Shown here piece by piece: positions 1 to 9,689 of a stretch of DNA of 42,429 nt; positions within the stretch are counted from its first letter, which is position 1, and each line of letters opens with the position of its first letter. The stretch lies in assembly GCA_963934255.1 (NCBI GenBank), contig CAWVXU010000013.1, positions 1-42,429 on the forward strand. The letters run 5' to 3'. The notes under the pieces are model-generated. The model was not told where the DNA came from and searched no databases. It was given only the letters and a program-made list of their open reading frames with translations. The DNA is from an uncultured Fibrobacterales bacterium (GTDB lineage: Bacteria > Fibrobacterota > Fibrobacteria > Fibrobacterales > CAWVXU01). The translations under genes were made by a program, and so were the position numbers.

Positions 1-307
1 CTAACTCTGCTCTGCTAAAGCAACTTTCAGCTGTTCGTTCTCTTTTTCAAGAGTATCAGTTTTAGTTTTAGAATCTAACTAACCAATGTTTTGAATCCCC
101 ATGCGCCATCTCTTCGTGAATTCCTCGGTCATACATAAAGTGTTGGAGTTACTAGTCTATAGTTTTGATAAAATCCGGAAGCAGACATTTCAGAAGACTC
201 CTAATGATTTACAATATAGGCCTTTTGTTTGAGTATTTAAGCGGTTAGACAAATAGTTCTTAAAAAATTATTGAAAAAGTTGTGCTTTATTTAGATGCGA
301 CCCATCA
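1..307 (-). mobile_element. Remnant of an IS3-family element (left end plus decayed orfA), continuing off the window
   Basis: Minus strand reads, across stops and frameshifts, KAYIVNH*ESSEMSASGFYQNYRLVTPTLYV* ... TDTLEKENEQLKVALAEQS*, matching the IS3 OrfA pattern (HTH with TLYxW, then a leucine zipper LExENxxLKxxLAE). A candidate terminus TGATGGGTCGCATCTAAATAAAGCACAAC starts at 307. Confidence 0.55.
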
Positions 308-489
308 AACTTTCTTAAAAAAATTATTTGATCAAAATCGGTTTTTGATTTAATTATTCAACAACTATTCTGTTAATAAACAATTGACTCATTTATAACC
401 TGCCTTAAATACAGTACTTGTTAATTGGAAGAATCAAGACCCACTTATTAAAGTACCTTAAAAGCTTGGACTCCAAGTATTAATACAGC

Positions 490-1491
490 ATGGATTGCTG
501 TACTTATGCTAATAGCAGAAATTATGATAGGTGGCACGCCAGAAGATACACCAAAAAGCAACAAAAAATTGAAATCCTAAGGAGCAGAAATACAGAATTC
601 AATTTACTACCATTAGCAGCATTTAAATGAGATGATTCAACAAAAGTTGTATTATGAGGCGATAAAATAGAGGAACTTACAAGCTTATTATTTGCAGAAT
701 TTAAGGGTAAAAAAAATATTGGAAAGGTTTAAATCCTAAAAGACGAGATTACCCTTCTGATTAAGGACTTCATGAAGAATCTGTTACCATTGATGAGTTT
801 ACCATTGAGGTTGATGCTGAAACAGTATCTATAACAATGCAGTCAATCCGGTTCAAAGATGATGATAATGAAATTATTCGAAATCAGAATACTCTATCTG
901 TAAGGGATGGCAGCGCACAAAAACTAAAGTCAGCACTTGAGGCTACGGCTACTGGATTTATGATGTCAAATAATTTTTTTTCATTACTTCTCCGAACTCC
1001 GCTAACGTTGTAATGATGAGTAAAAATTTGGCGATTCCCCAAGAAGCTTCCCCCAACTTTAAACCTGAAAATTTGATAGACACATTAATTAATACTTTTC
1101 ATACAAATCCATCACATCAAATGAAATTAATTTTAAATCTAGTAAACTTGCCATATCAAACCACTTTTCAAGCGGGTGATTTTATTTTGAACCTTAATGT
1201 TACTGCTGTTTTAGGTAGTGATGATTCATAGTTAGTTAATGATTTTGAAAGGCTACGTGCAACTGGGCCTTGAGAACTTTCAAATGAATCTGTAAGGTTA
1301 TCTTCTTCAATTGAAGCCGCTGTAACTGCATTCATTATCTATGATACTAATGGTGTATATATTGGTCACACTATTGATTTGTCTAATGTAACTACTATTA
1401 GAAATCAAACAGATGAGGGTACAAGACTGTCATCATCGTTCAGTGTTACAACAACTGTCTTTATCATGTGTGACCGGGGTCATGTTATTAC
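490..1491 (+). pseudogene. Fragmented gene of unknown function (5' part, left of the IS)
   Basis: Protein-like reading persists through scattered stops and frameshifts, e.g. HEESVTIDEFTIEVDAETVSITMQSIRF..., then ORF 1013-1231 and its in-frame continuation *LVNDFERLRATGP*ELSNESVRLSSSIEAAVTAFIIYDTNGVYIGHTIDL... up to the IS end. Boundaries approximate. Confidence 0.45.
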
Positions 1492-2499
1492 TGACATGCT
1501 AACAAGGATCTAGACGCCTTTATTATTATTTATAAAGTAGTTTGATTCAAACTGATTTGGCGAAATGATACCCAATGTTCTATGTTGTCGAACTGGATTG
1601 TTGAACAACTCAATGAATCCGAATATTTCTGTATCGGCTTTCTCCCTAGTTTTAAATATTTGTTTCTTAATTTTCTCACATTTTAATAATGAGAAGAAGC
1701 TTTCTGCAGCAGTATTGTCAAAGCAATTCCCTCTTCGGCTATTACTCATTTTCATATTATTTTCTTTCAAGAAATCGCGCCACTCATAGGAAGTGCACTG
1801 TGACCACTGGTCAGAGTGAATTATAATTTCATATACTGGTTTTTGATTCCGGATAGCCATCGTCATTGCTTTCATAATGAAGTTATTTTTAATTTGTGAA
1901 GACATTTACCAACCCACGATTTTTCTTGAAAAAAGGTCTCCAATTGTATACAGGAATAACCATATTTAAAATTTCTTATATAGGTGATATCAGTCACTCA
2001 CTTTTGATTTGATGAATTCGTTTGAAAGTCTCTTTTGAGTAGATTCTTTGCAAAGACTGACGACTTACCATAAAACCCCTTTCGTTTTTCGTATCCCACT
2101 TGAACTTTCAAAATATGGCACATGAGACTCACTGAATGCTCGAATGTATCACCCTTAATAAAGGTGCAACTTACCCGGATTCGTTGGCAAAGAACACGGC
2201 TGGCTTTTTTAATATATCCCGTTCCTCTTCAGCTCTCTAGAGCTTTTTTTTAGCCTCTTAATGTTAAGTTGGTCTGCGAGCTCTATTTGTTGGTCTTGTG
2301 TGGGAGCATACTTTTTAATTCATGACCTTAAATTTACTTGATTAATTCCTAGTCGATTCGATAAGCCACCAACCTTGTATCTTTTATCTCGAATTTGTTT
2401 GACTACTTCTAGTATGAAGTCTATCTCCTAGTGATTCATAGACACATCTTTAACTAATATAGTTCGATATTTTTTGTCTCGATTATTGGTAGCGTATCA
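1492..2499 (-). mobile_element. Degenerate IS3-family insertion sequence (orfA and orfB both inactivated)
   Basis: Imperfect terminal inverted repeats TGACATGCTAACAAGGATCTAGACG (1492-1516) and TGATACGCTACCAATAATCGAGACA (2499-2475), 18/25 identical. orfA ends AEEERDILKKPAVFFANESG* with an A6G slippery site at 2204-2210. orfB retains DDE motifs *VTDITY, DLFSRKIVGW*, HSDQW, RRGNCFDNTAAESFF. Several internal stops. Confidence 0.92.
1510..1905 (-). pseudogene. IS3 transposase orfB C-terminal fragment (integrase core)
   Basis: ORF contains IIHSDQ, SRRGNCFDNTAAESFFSLLKCE and NPVRQHRTLGIISPNQFE; preceded by an in-frame stop. Confidence 0.9.
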
Positions 2500-2748
2500 A
2501 ATATAACTACTATTAATTTGACCGACACTTATGGAGACCATATTGGTAAAGACCTTGAATGGATAGATAATACGCTATGAGAATTACACCGTGAAGAAGT
2601 TCATATATTAACACAAAACTTTGACGGTAATTGTGATTAAAAAATTGCGTTCGATTGGCAAGCAAGTGAAACGATGATGGCTAAAGTGGGTGATATTCAA
2701 GAGGTAGATTGGATGTTGCACCCGGATGACTCGATAGAAAGATTATAG
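2500..2748 (+). pseudogene. Fragmented gene (probable 3' part, right of the IS)
   Basis: Reads NITTINLTDTYGDHIGKDLEWIDNTL*ELHREEVHILTQNFDGNCD*KIAFDWQASETMMAKVGDIQEVDWMLHPDDSIERL* in one frame with two internal stops. Confidence 0.35.
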
Positions 2749-2761
2749 TCAAAAAAAAAGA

Positions 2762-3547
2762 TTAATGCAGGCCTATAAAGTGTTTCACTAGGAGCAGGCT
2801 CATTGCAATAAATATTGAACGTGTGAAAAATATTCCATTTAAAACATTTATTGATCGAAGCAGAGCGACAACACCAAAAGGCAGAAATATTAAAAATGAA
2901 ATAATCGGAAAAGATGTTTCCTGATTGGTTTGTGCCCACCATTGAAGTCCGAAAATACTTGAAAAAATAGCAGATAAAATGCCGAGAAGTATCCAAATAA
3001 ATGCGTATACTTCAACTTTTTCATAATTTGGTAATGCTGCAAATAGAGTGTCAAATTCTTTTTTCTTTAGCTTATTCCATAGCAATTGATGCATAAATGC
3101 GAAGATACAAGCAATGAAGAAAAAGCTATATGAACTAATACTTGATAAGATGTGGAGCGAAAAATAAGGATCTTCGATACTCCAGGGTTTATGAGAACTA
3201 AAGGGTAATATTAGGCTGCCAATAAACAATGGAATGACAGTGAAAACACCTAATTTTCCACTGTTTCCAAAATATTCTGACAATAATTGAGTTAAGGCAA
3301 TGAGACTTAATGCATAAAGAAGTGCATCCGATAGTGATGAGATGAAGAATTGACCCTTATAGATATCTGCACATATACCAATCCCTAACATATAGAGTGT
3401 TGAAAACAGCAGTATATAAGTCCCTCTTGCTGTTACTTTGTTGTTTAGTTGACTATTTTGAAATAACCCTTTATAATACATCAATGCACTTAATAATAAA
3501 AGTAAGGGAATTGGTAATTCGAATATGAAGCGTGTATCTAAAGTCAT
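2762..3547 (-). CDS. Cytochrome c assembly family membrane protein (CcsA/HemX/YpjD-like)
   Basis: About 8 hydrophobic segments; SLHILSSISSYSFF with the conserved His; LKKKEF...LPNYEKVE loop typical of the CcsA/YpjD family. Confidence 0.75.
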   Translation of the reverse strand: MTLDTRFIFELPIPLLLLLSALMYYKGLFQNSQLNNKVTARGTYILLFSTLYMLGIGICADIYKGQFFISSLSDALLYALSLIALTQLLSEYFGNSGKLGVFTVIPLFIGSLILPFSSHKPWSIEDPYFSLHILSSISSYSFFFIACIFAFMHQLLWNKLKKKEFDTLFAALPNYEKVEVYAFIWILLGILSAIFSSIFGLQWWAQTNQETSFPIISFLIFLPFGVVALLRSINVLNGIFFTRSIFIAMSLLLVKHFIGLH

Positions 3548-3590
3548 GATTTTCCTCTTAGATTTAAAGATAACTCAAATTCAAGATTGT

Positions 3591-4318
3591 TTGAAAAAAA
3601 TTAAACGATTCATTGAAACACGAGATACAGCTTTAAGTAAAGTAGCTTCGCGACTTGCACCGAATGCATCAATTAAAATCCACTAATTTTAAGAGCAAGT
3701 GAAAAAATGAATGACTTGTGTGTTGTCCCTGCTAAAGTTAATCAAATGTTGAATATGCATTCGGGTGACACAATTCAAATTGAGTCTTATCCTTTTGAAG
3801 ATGTGAAGCCTGTTGATACTGAATTGGATAAGATATTGATGCAATCTAAAGTAAGTGAGGTTGTCAATGCTGCCTCTTTGGGGCAAGTTCATTTTTTATA
3901 TACCTGCGGGAGCTACGCGGTCCTGCGCTGATAGGCTCAACTCAGTTTCGGCTTATCGTATTATGGAGGCGGAGTCTGGCGTTAGAGTTATACTAGGTTA
4001 AATTTTAAGTGAACCTGGAGATACACAAATGTGGGTTATTCGGTCTAGAGGTCAGTATCAAATCATGCTCGGGACAACCGATAAACGGAATGGTCACGCG
4101 CCTTCTGTTGAAGTTCTCTTTGAAAGTATTGCAGAGTATTTAGGGTCTAATGCTCTAGGGGTTTTGTCAACAGATATGGTGCGCGATGGTGCAAATCCAC
4201 TAATTGATATGAAAATCAAGGGTCCTGTAATATAGTTCGAGATGAGTATTTACCCATTGATGAAATTATTAAGGCTATTATAAAAGCTGTAAATTCCTTA
4301 GAAAAAAGTATGCTTTAG
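3591..4318 (+). pseudogene. cheB: Decayed chemotaxis methylesterase CheB
   Basis: From 3891: IFYIPAGATRSCADRLN (canonical VQHMPAGFTxSFAxRLN), G*ILSEPGD (GxVxIAPGD), NGHAPSVEVLFESIA (HxPSVDVLFxSVA), ALGVLSTDMVRDGA (GVILTGMGxDGA), then a frameshifted tail LPIDEI. The 3591-3890 part only weakly resembles the receiver domain. Confidence 0.8.
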
Positions 4319-4677
4319 ATTGATTTAGTAGGGGTCTTGATTAAAAACATGCTCACACCTATTGCGACTATAACCAACAGAACTTTCACCCATATAATTG
4401 GTACATGATAGTTTGCTGAATAAAGGATGCTTACCCACATCATAATGATCGCCATGATTTTTGCTTTTAATGAAATGCCTAAGCCTGCTTGCCAATCTCT
4501 TATCGGAGGTCCAAAAAGTCGATGGCCTATAAGCCAGTGGTGAAGCCTAGGTGAACCTTTTGAAAAAAGAAATGCAGCCAACAATACAAATGGGGTCGTT
4601 GGTAGAATAGGAAGAAAAGCGCCTACAACACCAAGTGTTAGTGATATCCAAGCAAGTATAATCCAAAGAAGTTTCAT
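4315..4677 (-). CDS. ybaN: YbaN/DUF454 family inner membrane protein
   Basis: Signature GAFLPILPTTPFVLLAAFLFSKGSPRLHHWL...FGPPIRDW. Confidence 0.92.
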   Translation of the reverse strand: MKLLWIILAWISLTLGVVGAFLPILPTTPFVLLAAFLFSKGSPRLHHWLIGHRLFGPPIRDWQAGLGISLKAKIMAIIMMWVSILYSANYHVPIIWVKVLLVIVAIGVSMFLIKTPTKSI

Positions 4678-4753
4678 TTTTGATTTGTTTTTTTGAGTGA
4701 AAGTCGCTATAAAATTAAGTATTATTGTGATAAAATGATTCTAAAGGTCTAAT

Positions 4754-5131
4754 ATGTCGCCAGAAGTTTACTATTTAAGGTTCGTTCAAATTGTTGTGAG
4801 TATTAATACAGTATTGTTTTTTATAGGTGTCAGAGCAGTGCTCAAAGGTAACCTTGTGTTGCATAAGCGTCTTAATTTTATTGCTGCATCGACAACTCTT
4901 TTAGGCGTTGTAGGTCTTGTTGTTACTGTATTTATGGGCTTTGATTACGCACCACTTACGACTCCAACAAGAATGTTTATACACAGGTGTTTTTCTACAC
5001 CACTTTTACCCATTTTAATTACAGTTTTGTGGACGGGCTTAGCAAATAAAAAGAATGTCCATAAACTTGCAGCTAAAATTATGATTCCATTTTGGCTTGG
5101 TACATTAATCACTGGATGGTGGTACTTTTAA
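4754..5131 (+). CDS. DUF420 (CtaM-like) membrane protein
   Basis: Four TM segments with three His (LHKR, FIHR, VHK) and the C-terminal PFWLGTLITG pattern of DUF420. Confidence 0.7.
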   Translation: MSPEVYYLRFVQIVVSINTVLFFIGVRAVLKGNLVLHKRLNFIAASTTLLGVVGLVVTVFMGFDYAPLTTPTRMFIHRCFSTPLLPILITVLWTGLANKKNVHKLAAKIMIPFWLGTLITGWWYF

Positions 5132-5137
5132 CTTTCA

Positions 5138-5536
5138 TTATTTACTTTTAAGTTCTTTTAAGATAGCCTTCATTGAATCAAGCTGATTGTAACTCATTGA
5201 TTGTTTCAACGTAGAATAATGCCACAATTGAACTTGGCCCATTTCTTGGTTTGTATTGAAGAACTGCGGGAATTTTTTTTGAGGAATATATACCCACCTC
5301 AAATCCTTATTCGACCTAATAAATGGAAGAAATTCGTTTAGCAGTTTATCAGAGATACTAAAAAGAGAATCTTGGTGCTCTTCAATGGTAATATTTGGTT
5401 CAAAAACCAATAAGTTCCACCTATTTTGATTCAGCTGGATTTTCAAGTCCTTCTCTATTTTAGACTCTTTTTTTAGACACCCTTGAGCTAAAAGCATGAA
5501 GAGTATGGAAAATATTTTCAATTGAGAAATGAGCAT
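5138..5536 (-). CDS. Hypothetical lipoprotein
   Basis: 132 aa ORF with a hydrophobic N-terminus and lipobox-like LAQGC; adjacent to a co-oriented gene. Confidence 0.6.
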   Translation of the reverse strand: MLISQLKIFSILFMLLAQGCLKKESKIEKDLKIQLNQNRWNLLVFEPNITIEEHQDSLFSISDKLLNEFLPFIRSNKDLRWVYIPQKKFPQFFNTNQEMGQVQLWHYSTLKQSMSYNQLDSMKAILKELKSK

Positions 5537-5537
5537 T

Positions 5538-5831
5538 TTAAAACAATATTTGTGATGAACTTAATATCAAAAACCATAAGCCATCGAGTCCGAGTATAAT
5601 ATTTAGAAATACAATCAGTAAAGTTTGAACTAAACTGAGGTTAGGGTTGTTTGATTTTTGAATACCTAGAATAATCAAAGTTAACCCAACCATGACTAAA
5701 GAAATCAAGCTAAGAAAGAAGTGGGCCCAAACGTTGACTTCTGGAAAATACCAGTATTGACCAATCCACATCAAGCTTGCGGCGATTGAATTAAAAAAGC
5801 TGAGGAAATATGTTGTTAAATAAGGTTTCAC
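5538..5831 (-). CDS. Hypothetical membrane protein
   Basis: 97 aa, about 3 TM segments, 1 nt from the next gene. Confidence 0.55.
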   Translation of the reverse strand: MKPYLTTYFLSFFNSIAASLMWIGQYWYFPEVNVWAHFFLSLISLVMVGLTLIILGIQKSNNPNLSLVQTLLIVFLNIILGLDGLWFLILSSSQILF

Positions 5832-5878
5832 AATTTTTATATTCTATCAAAACAATAAATCAAAAATAAATAAAATGA

Positions 5879-6979
5879 GTGCTTGTGGTATTTTATCCTT
5901 TCCAAAAATGGTTTAATTTTAAAAAAAACTCTGATGTCTCGCATTTGGATGACGAAAGTCTAATGAAACTTGCATTTGAGTTGGCGGCCCAAGGGTTGGG
6001 TTTTACTAACCCTAATCCATCGGTTGGAGCTTTAATTGTCAAGGCGGGGAAGATTATTGCCTGGGGCATAACTCAAGAAGCCGGTGGAAATCACGCTGAA
6101 GTTCAAGCCCTTAACATGGCAGGGGCAATGTCTGAAGGTTCAACGGTTTATGTGACTCTTGAACCCTGCGCCCATCATGGGAAAACACCACCATGTAGTT
6201 TAGCGCTTATTGAAGCTAAAATTGCCAGAGTCGTCATTAGTGCTGTAGATCCCAATCCACTTGTATCTGGAAAGGGGATTTCCCAATTAATTCAACACGG
6301 AGTTGATGTTCATCAAGATTGCTTGTTAAGCTGGGGAAATGATTTTTATGAAAGCTTTTTCCATTGGCTTAAAACAGGTTTACCTTTGGTTGTAGTCAAG
6401 ACAGCGCATAGTTATAACGGTGCAATGAATCAATCGAATGCAAATGGTCAGGTTTCTGTTAAAATTACTCAAGCTGAGATGAATACTTTAATGCACCAAG
6501 GTCGAAGAGCTTCGCAAGCGATTATAATCGGAGCAAATACACTTAGGATTGATCAACCGCAATTGAATATCAGAAACTATTTAGCGGGTCAGTTTGAAAA
6601 TAACTATTTACCTAAGGTATTGGTTAGTACACGAAATCAATTGAAAATGGATTTTAAGCTTTTGGATTATATCAAAGGCGAGGCTGAGTTTGTTGAAAAT
6701 GACAACCCTGACTCCATCATTTCATATAGTATACTGAAGAATTTAGGCGAAAAGGGCTTTCACCAAATTTGGGTTGAACCAGGGCCAAATTCAGCAATAA
6801 ACCTTTGGAAGGCCTTAAATTGGGATAAATGGATTTTTTTAAGAAGTTTAAGTGTAAAAATTGATAAAAATGGCCCTTGGGGTGCTGATTCATGGTATCC
6901 AAATCCCCATTCAGGAATTGAAATTTGTAAATTTGGGAAGACAAAAGAAGATCAATTTCTCATTTTAGGTAAAAAGTAA
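5879..6979 (+). CDS. ribD: Bifunctional riboflavin deaminase/reductase RibD (true start may be further downstream)
   Basis: TNPNPSVGA, HAE, VTLEPCAHHGKTPPC deaminase motifs; divergent reductase domain; first gene of the rib cluster. Confidence 0.95.
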   Translation: MLVVFYPFQKWFNFKKNSDVSHLDDESLMKLAFELAAQGLGFTNPNPSVGALIVKAGKIIAWGITQEAGGNHAEVQALNMAGAMSEGSTVYVTLEPCAHHGKTPPCSLALIEAKIARVVISAVDPNPLVSGKGISQLIQHGVDVHQDCLLSWGNDFYESFFHWLKTGLPLVVVKTAHSYNGAMNQSNANGQVSVKITQAEMNTLMHQGRRASQAIIIGANTLRIDQPQLNIRNYLAGQFENNYLPKVLVSTRNQLKMDFKLLDYIKGEAEFVENDNPDSIISYSILKNLGEKGFHQIWVEPGPNSAINLWKALNWDKWIFLRSLSVKIDKNGPWGADSWYPNPHSGIEICKFGKTKEDQFLILGKK

Positions 6980-7578
6980 TGTTTACAGGAATAATTCAAG
7001 CGCTCGGCACAGTTCAATCTGTGACAGTAGAAGGTGATGCAAAGATCTTTAAAGTGGATACTTTTGGCTTAGTGTGCAATAGTCAAGTCGGGGATTCCTT
7101 ATCCATTAATGGTGCTTGCATGACTCTGACTGCAATTGAAGCTGGGGTAGTGTGGTTTACCACGATATCTGAATCACTCAACTTGACTAATCTCAATGAT
7201 TTGTTGAATGGCAGCCCTGTTAATCTAGAGCTTGCTGCTACGCTTAATACTGTATTGGGTGGACACATCGTCAGTGGGCACATTGATACCATGGCAGAAC
7301 TGATAGAAATTATCCCTAAAGCCACCGGTCAAGAAGTGTGGATTAATGTTCCTAAAAAATTGATGAAATTTATTATCCCCAAGGGCTCTGTCTGCCTAGA
7401 TGGGATTAGCTTGACTGTAGCAGAAGTTATCGAGAACCGTATCAGGCTTGCTTTAATACCTGAAACTTTAAGCAGAACTACTGCTGGACATTGGATGCCA
7501 CGTACTAAAATTAATTTAGAAATTGATCAGATTGCCCGTCATGTGGCTAGGCAATTAGAATTTAAGACTGAAGGATAA
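6979..7578 (+). CDS. ribE: Riboflavin synthase (alpha chain)
   Basis: MFTGII N-terminus, SINGACMT, GGHIVSGHID, DGISLTV. Confidence 0.97.
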   Translation: MFTGIIQALGTVQSVTVEGDAKIFKVDTFGLVCNSQVGDSLSINGACMTLTAIEAGVVWFTTISESLNLTNLNDLLNGSPVNLELAATLNTVLGGHIVSGHIDTMAELIEIIPKATGQEVWINVPKKLMKFIIPKGSVCLDGISLTVAEVIENRIRLALIPETLSRTTAGHWMPRTKINLEIDQIARHVARQLEFKTEG

Positions 7579-7582
7579 CCAA

Positions 7583-8794
7583 TTGTTAAATAATATCGAA
7601 GAGGCGATTGAAGATATTCGTCAAGGTAAAATAATCATTGTTTTAGATGATGAAAATCGTGAAGCCGAAGGTGATCTCATATGCGCTGCACAAGGTGTTA
7701 CTCCTGAAACAATCAACTTCATGGCTAAACACGGCCGTGGATTAATTTGTACTGCCTTGACTGCTGAAAGAATAGAGTCTCTGCATCTTCCGATGATGGT
7801 CGGTCAAAATAATTCAAAATATGACACTCCGTTTACTGTTTCTGTAGAAGCGAAAGAGGGAACAACTACGGGGATTTCGGCGCAAGATCGTTCTGTCACA
7901 TCGTCTCTTCTAGCTGATTCAAATGCTAGTTCGAAAGACTTCATCACGCCCGGACATACATTTCCACTTAAAGCACGAGATGGTGGAGTATTAGTCAGAG
8001 CTGGCCATACTGAAGCTGCAGTTGATTTAGCCCGCTTGGCTGGCTTAGAACCCGCGGGTGTTTTATGTGAAATTATGAATGATGACGGAACCATGGCAAG
8101 GTATGATGATCTTGTTAAAGTTTCAGCAGAGCTCAATCTTAAAATGATTACTATTGAGGACTTAATCTCATATCGTAGTGAAAAAGAATCATTGGTTGAA
8201 CTTATTGCTAAACCGAGTATGCCAACGAAACATGGACTCTTTGAAGCCTACTCATTTCGTGAAAAATTAACTGGAATTGAACATCTAGCTATGGTAAAGG
8301 GTGAGATTTCTTTACAAAGTCCAGTCAATGTGCGAGTACACAGTGAATGCCTTACCGGTGATGCTTTTGGCAGCCTGAGATGCGACTGTGGAGAACAACT
8401 GTCGTATGCACTTGAGTATATCAATGAAAATAACGGCATTGTCCTTTACTTAAGAGCTCAAGAAGGTCGTGGAATTGGTCTTGCCAATAAAATGCGTGCA
8501 TATGAGCTGCAAAATGAAGGTTTTGACACCGTAGAAGCCAATGTCGAATTGGGCTTTAAGGCGGACGATAGAAGTTACGGAATTGGGGCTCAAATTTTGA
8601 GAAACCTCGGAGTGACAAAAATGAATTTAATGACAAATAATCCTGGTAAGATTGCCGGTTTAAAGGGTCATGGACTTGAAATTTCTAGTGTAATTAATGT
8701 GGAGATTGAAGCCAATTCTTCTAACCATAAATATTTAAGTACCAAAAAAGAAAAAATGGGCCATGCCCTAAATCAAAATTTTAATCAGGAATAG
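7583..8794 (+). CDS. ribBA: DHBP synthase / GTP cyclohydrolase II
   Basis: [54 protein letters not shown]. Confidence 0.98.
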   Translation: MLNNIEEAIEDIRQGKIIIVLDDENREAEGDLICAAQGVTPETINFMAKHGRGLICTALTAERIESLHLPMMVGQNNSKYDTPFTVSVEAKEGTTTGISAQDRSVTSSLLADSNASSKDFITPGHTFPLKARDGGVLVRAGHTEAAVDLARLAGLEPAGVLCEIMNDDGTMARYDDLVKVSAELNLKMITIEDLISYRSEKESLVELIAKPSMPTKHGLFEAYSFREKLTGIEHLAMVKGEISLQSPVNVRVHSECLTGDAFGSLRCDCGEQLSYALEYINENNGIVLYLRAQEGRGIGLANKMRAYELQNEGFDTVEANVELGFKADDRSYGIGAQILRNLGVTKMNLMTNNPGKIAGLKGHGLEISSVINVEIEANSSNHKYLSTKKEKMGHALNQNFNQE

Positions 8795-8802
8795 AGGAAA
8801 TT

Positions 8803-9267
8803 ATGTCTTTAGAAATTGAAGGTTTTTATACTGGAAAAGGGCTTAAAATTGCCATCGTTGCGGCTCGTTTTAATGAAATCGTAACCAAACAACTTGTGGG
8901 TGGAGCAATTGATTGTCTCAATAGACACGAAGTGAATACCAATGAAATTCCAATTGCTTGGGTGCCTGGCTGTTTTGAAATCCCAATTGCTGCGCAAAAA
9001 TATGCTGAGCTTGATTACGATGCTGTTATTTGTATCGGAGCTGTTATTCGTGGAGATACGCCTCATTTTGACCAAGTGGTAGGTGGGGTTACTAATGGAG
9101 TGGCCAAAATTGCTCTAGATTCCGGAAAACCTATAATCTATGGTGTTTTGACAACTGATACAGTGGATCAGGCAATGGACCGTGCGGGCTTAAAAGCTGG
9201 AAATAAAGGCTGGGAGGCAGCTCTTACAGCTATTGAAATGATAAACCTCCTGAAAAAAATATCATGA
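8803..9267 (+). CDS. ribH: 6,7-dimethyl-8-ribityllumazine synthase
   Basis: [33 protein letters not shown]. Confidence 0.98.
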   Translation: MSLEIEGFYTGKGLKIAIVAARFNEIVTKQLVGGAIDCLNRHEVNTNEIPIAWVPGCFEIPIAAQKYAELDYDAVICIGAVIRGDTPHFDQVVGGVTNGVAKIALDSGKPIIYGVLTTDTVDQAMDRAGLKAGNKGWEAALTAIEMINLLKKIS

Positions 9268-9689
9268 AATCTAGAAGACAATCGCGCGTAATGGCGATGC
9301 AATTACTTTATGCAATGGCTCAACAAAAAGCGCCACTATCAATTGTTCTTAATGGGGTGATGAGTACAATTGAGATTAGTGATCAGCAAAAAGAATATGG
9401 AATGAAGCTGGTTGATTTGGTTCAAGAACATTCGTCTCCCATTCATAGCGAGATTGAAGCTGTTCTAGAAAATTGGTCATGGGAGCGAGTTGCTCTTATT
9501 GACGGGATTATTCTTAAAATAGCTTGGAGTGAGCTCAAGTTTTGCGGTGAAACACCACCAAAAGTTTCTATTACTGAAGCAATTGCAATTTCCAAAAAAT
9601 ACTCTACAGAAGATTCCCCCAAATTTATTAATGGGGTTTTGGATAGATTAGCTACTGACATTTTAACAAACTCATCTAAGGACAAATAA
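9264..9689 (+). CDS. nusB: Transcription antitermination factor NusB
   Basis: Arg-rich N-terminus (SRRQSR), [10 protein letters not shown]...KFINGVLD; conserved ribH-nusB order. Confidence 0.95.
   Translation: MKSRRQSRVMAMQLLYAMAQQKAPLSIVLNGVMSTIEISDQQKEYGMKLVDLVQEHSSPIHSEIEAVLENWSWERVALIDGIILKIAWSELKFCGETPPKVSITEAIAISKKYSTEDSPKFINGVLDRLATDILTNSSKDK

Noticed and set aside
257..331. Near-direct repeat TTCTTAAAAAA(A)TTATT(T)GA
   Set aside because: Low-complexity AT-rich match; likely chance or IS-end debris.
490..2748. Several in-frame TGA codons suggesting stop-codon reassignment
   Set aside because: TAA and TAG stops and frameshifts also interrupt these frames, and intact genes (ribH, the GT2 ending 13424, the rmlD-like gene, the 7TM-HD gene) use TGA as stop. 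Ordinary pseudogenisation explains it.
5832..5962. FMN riboswitch upstream of the rib genes
   Set aside because: The divergent intergenic space is very short and AT-rich, with no RFN consensus blocks.
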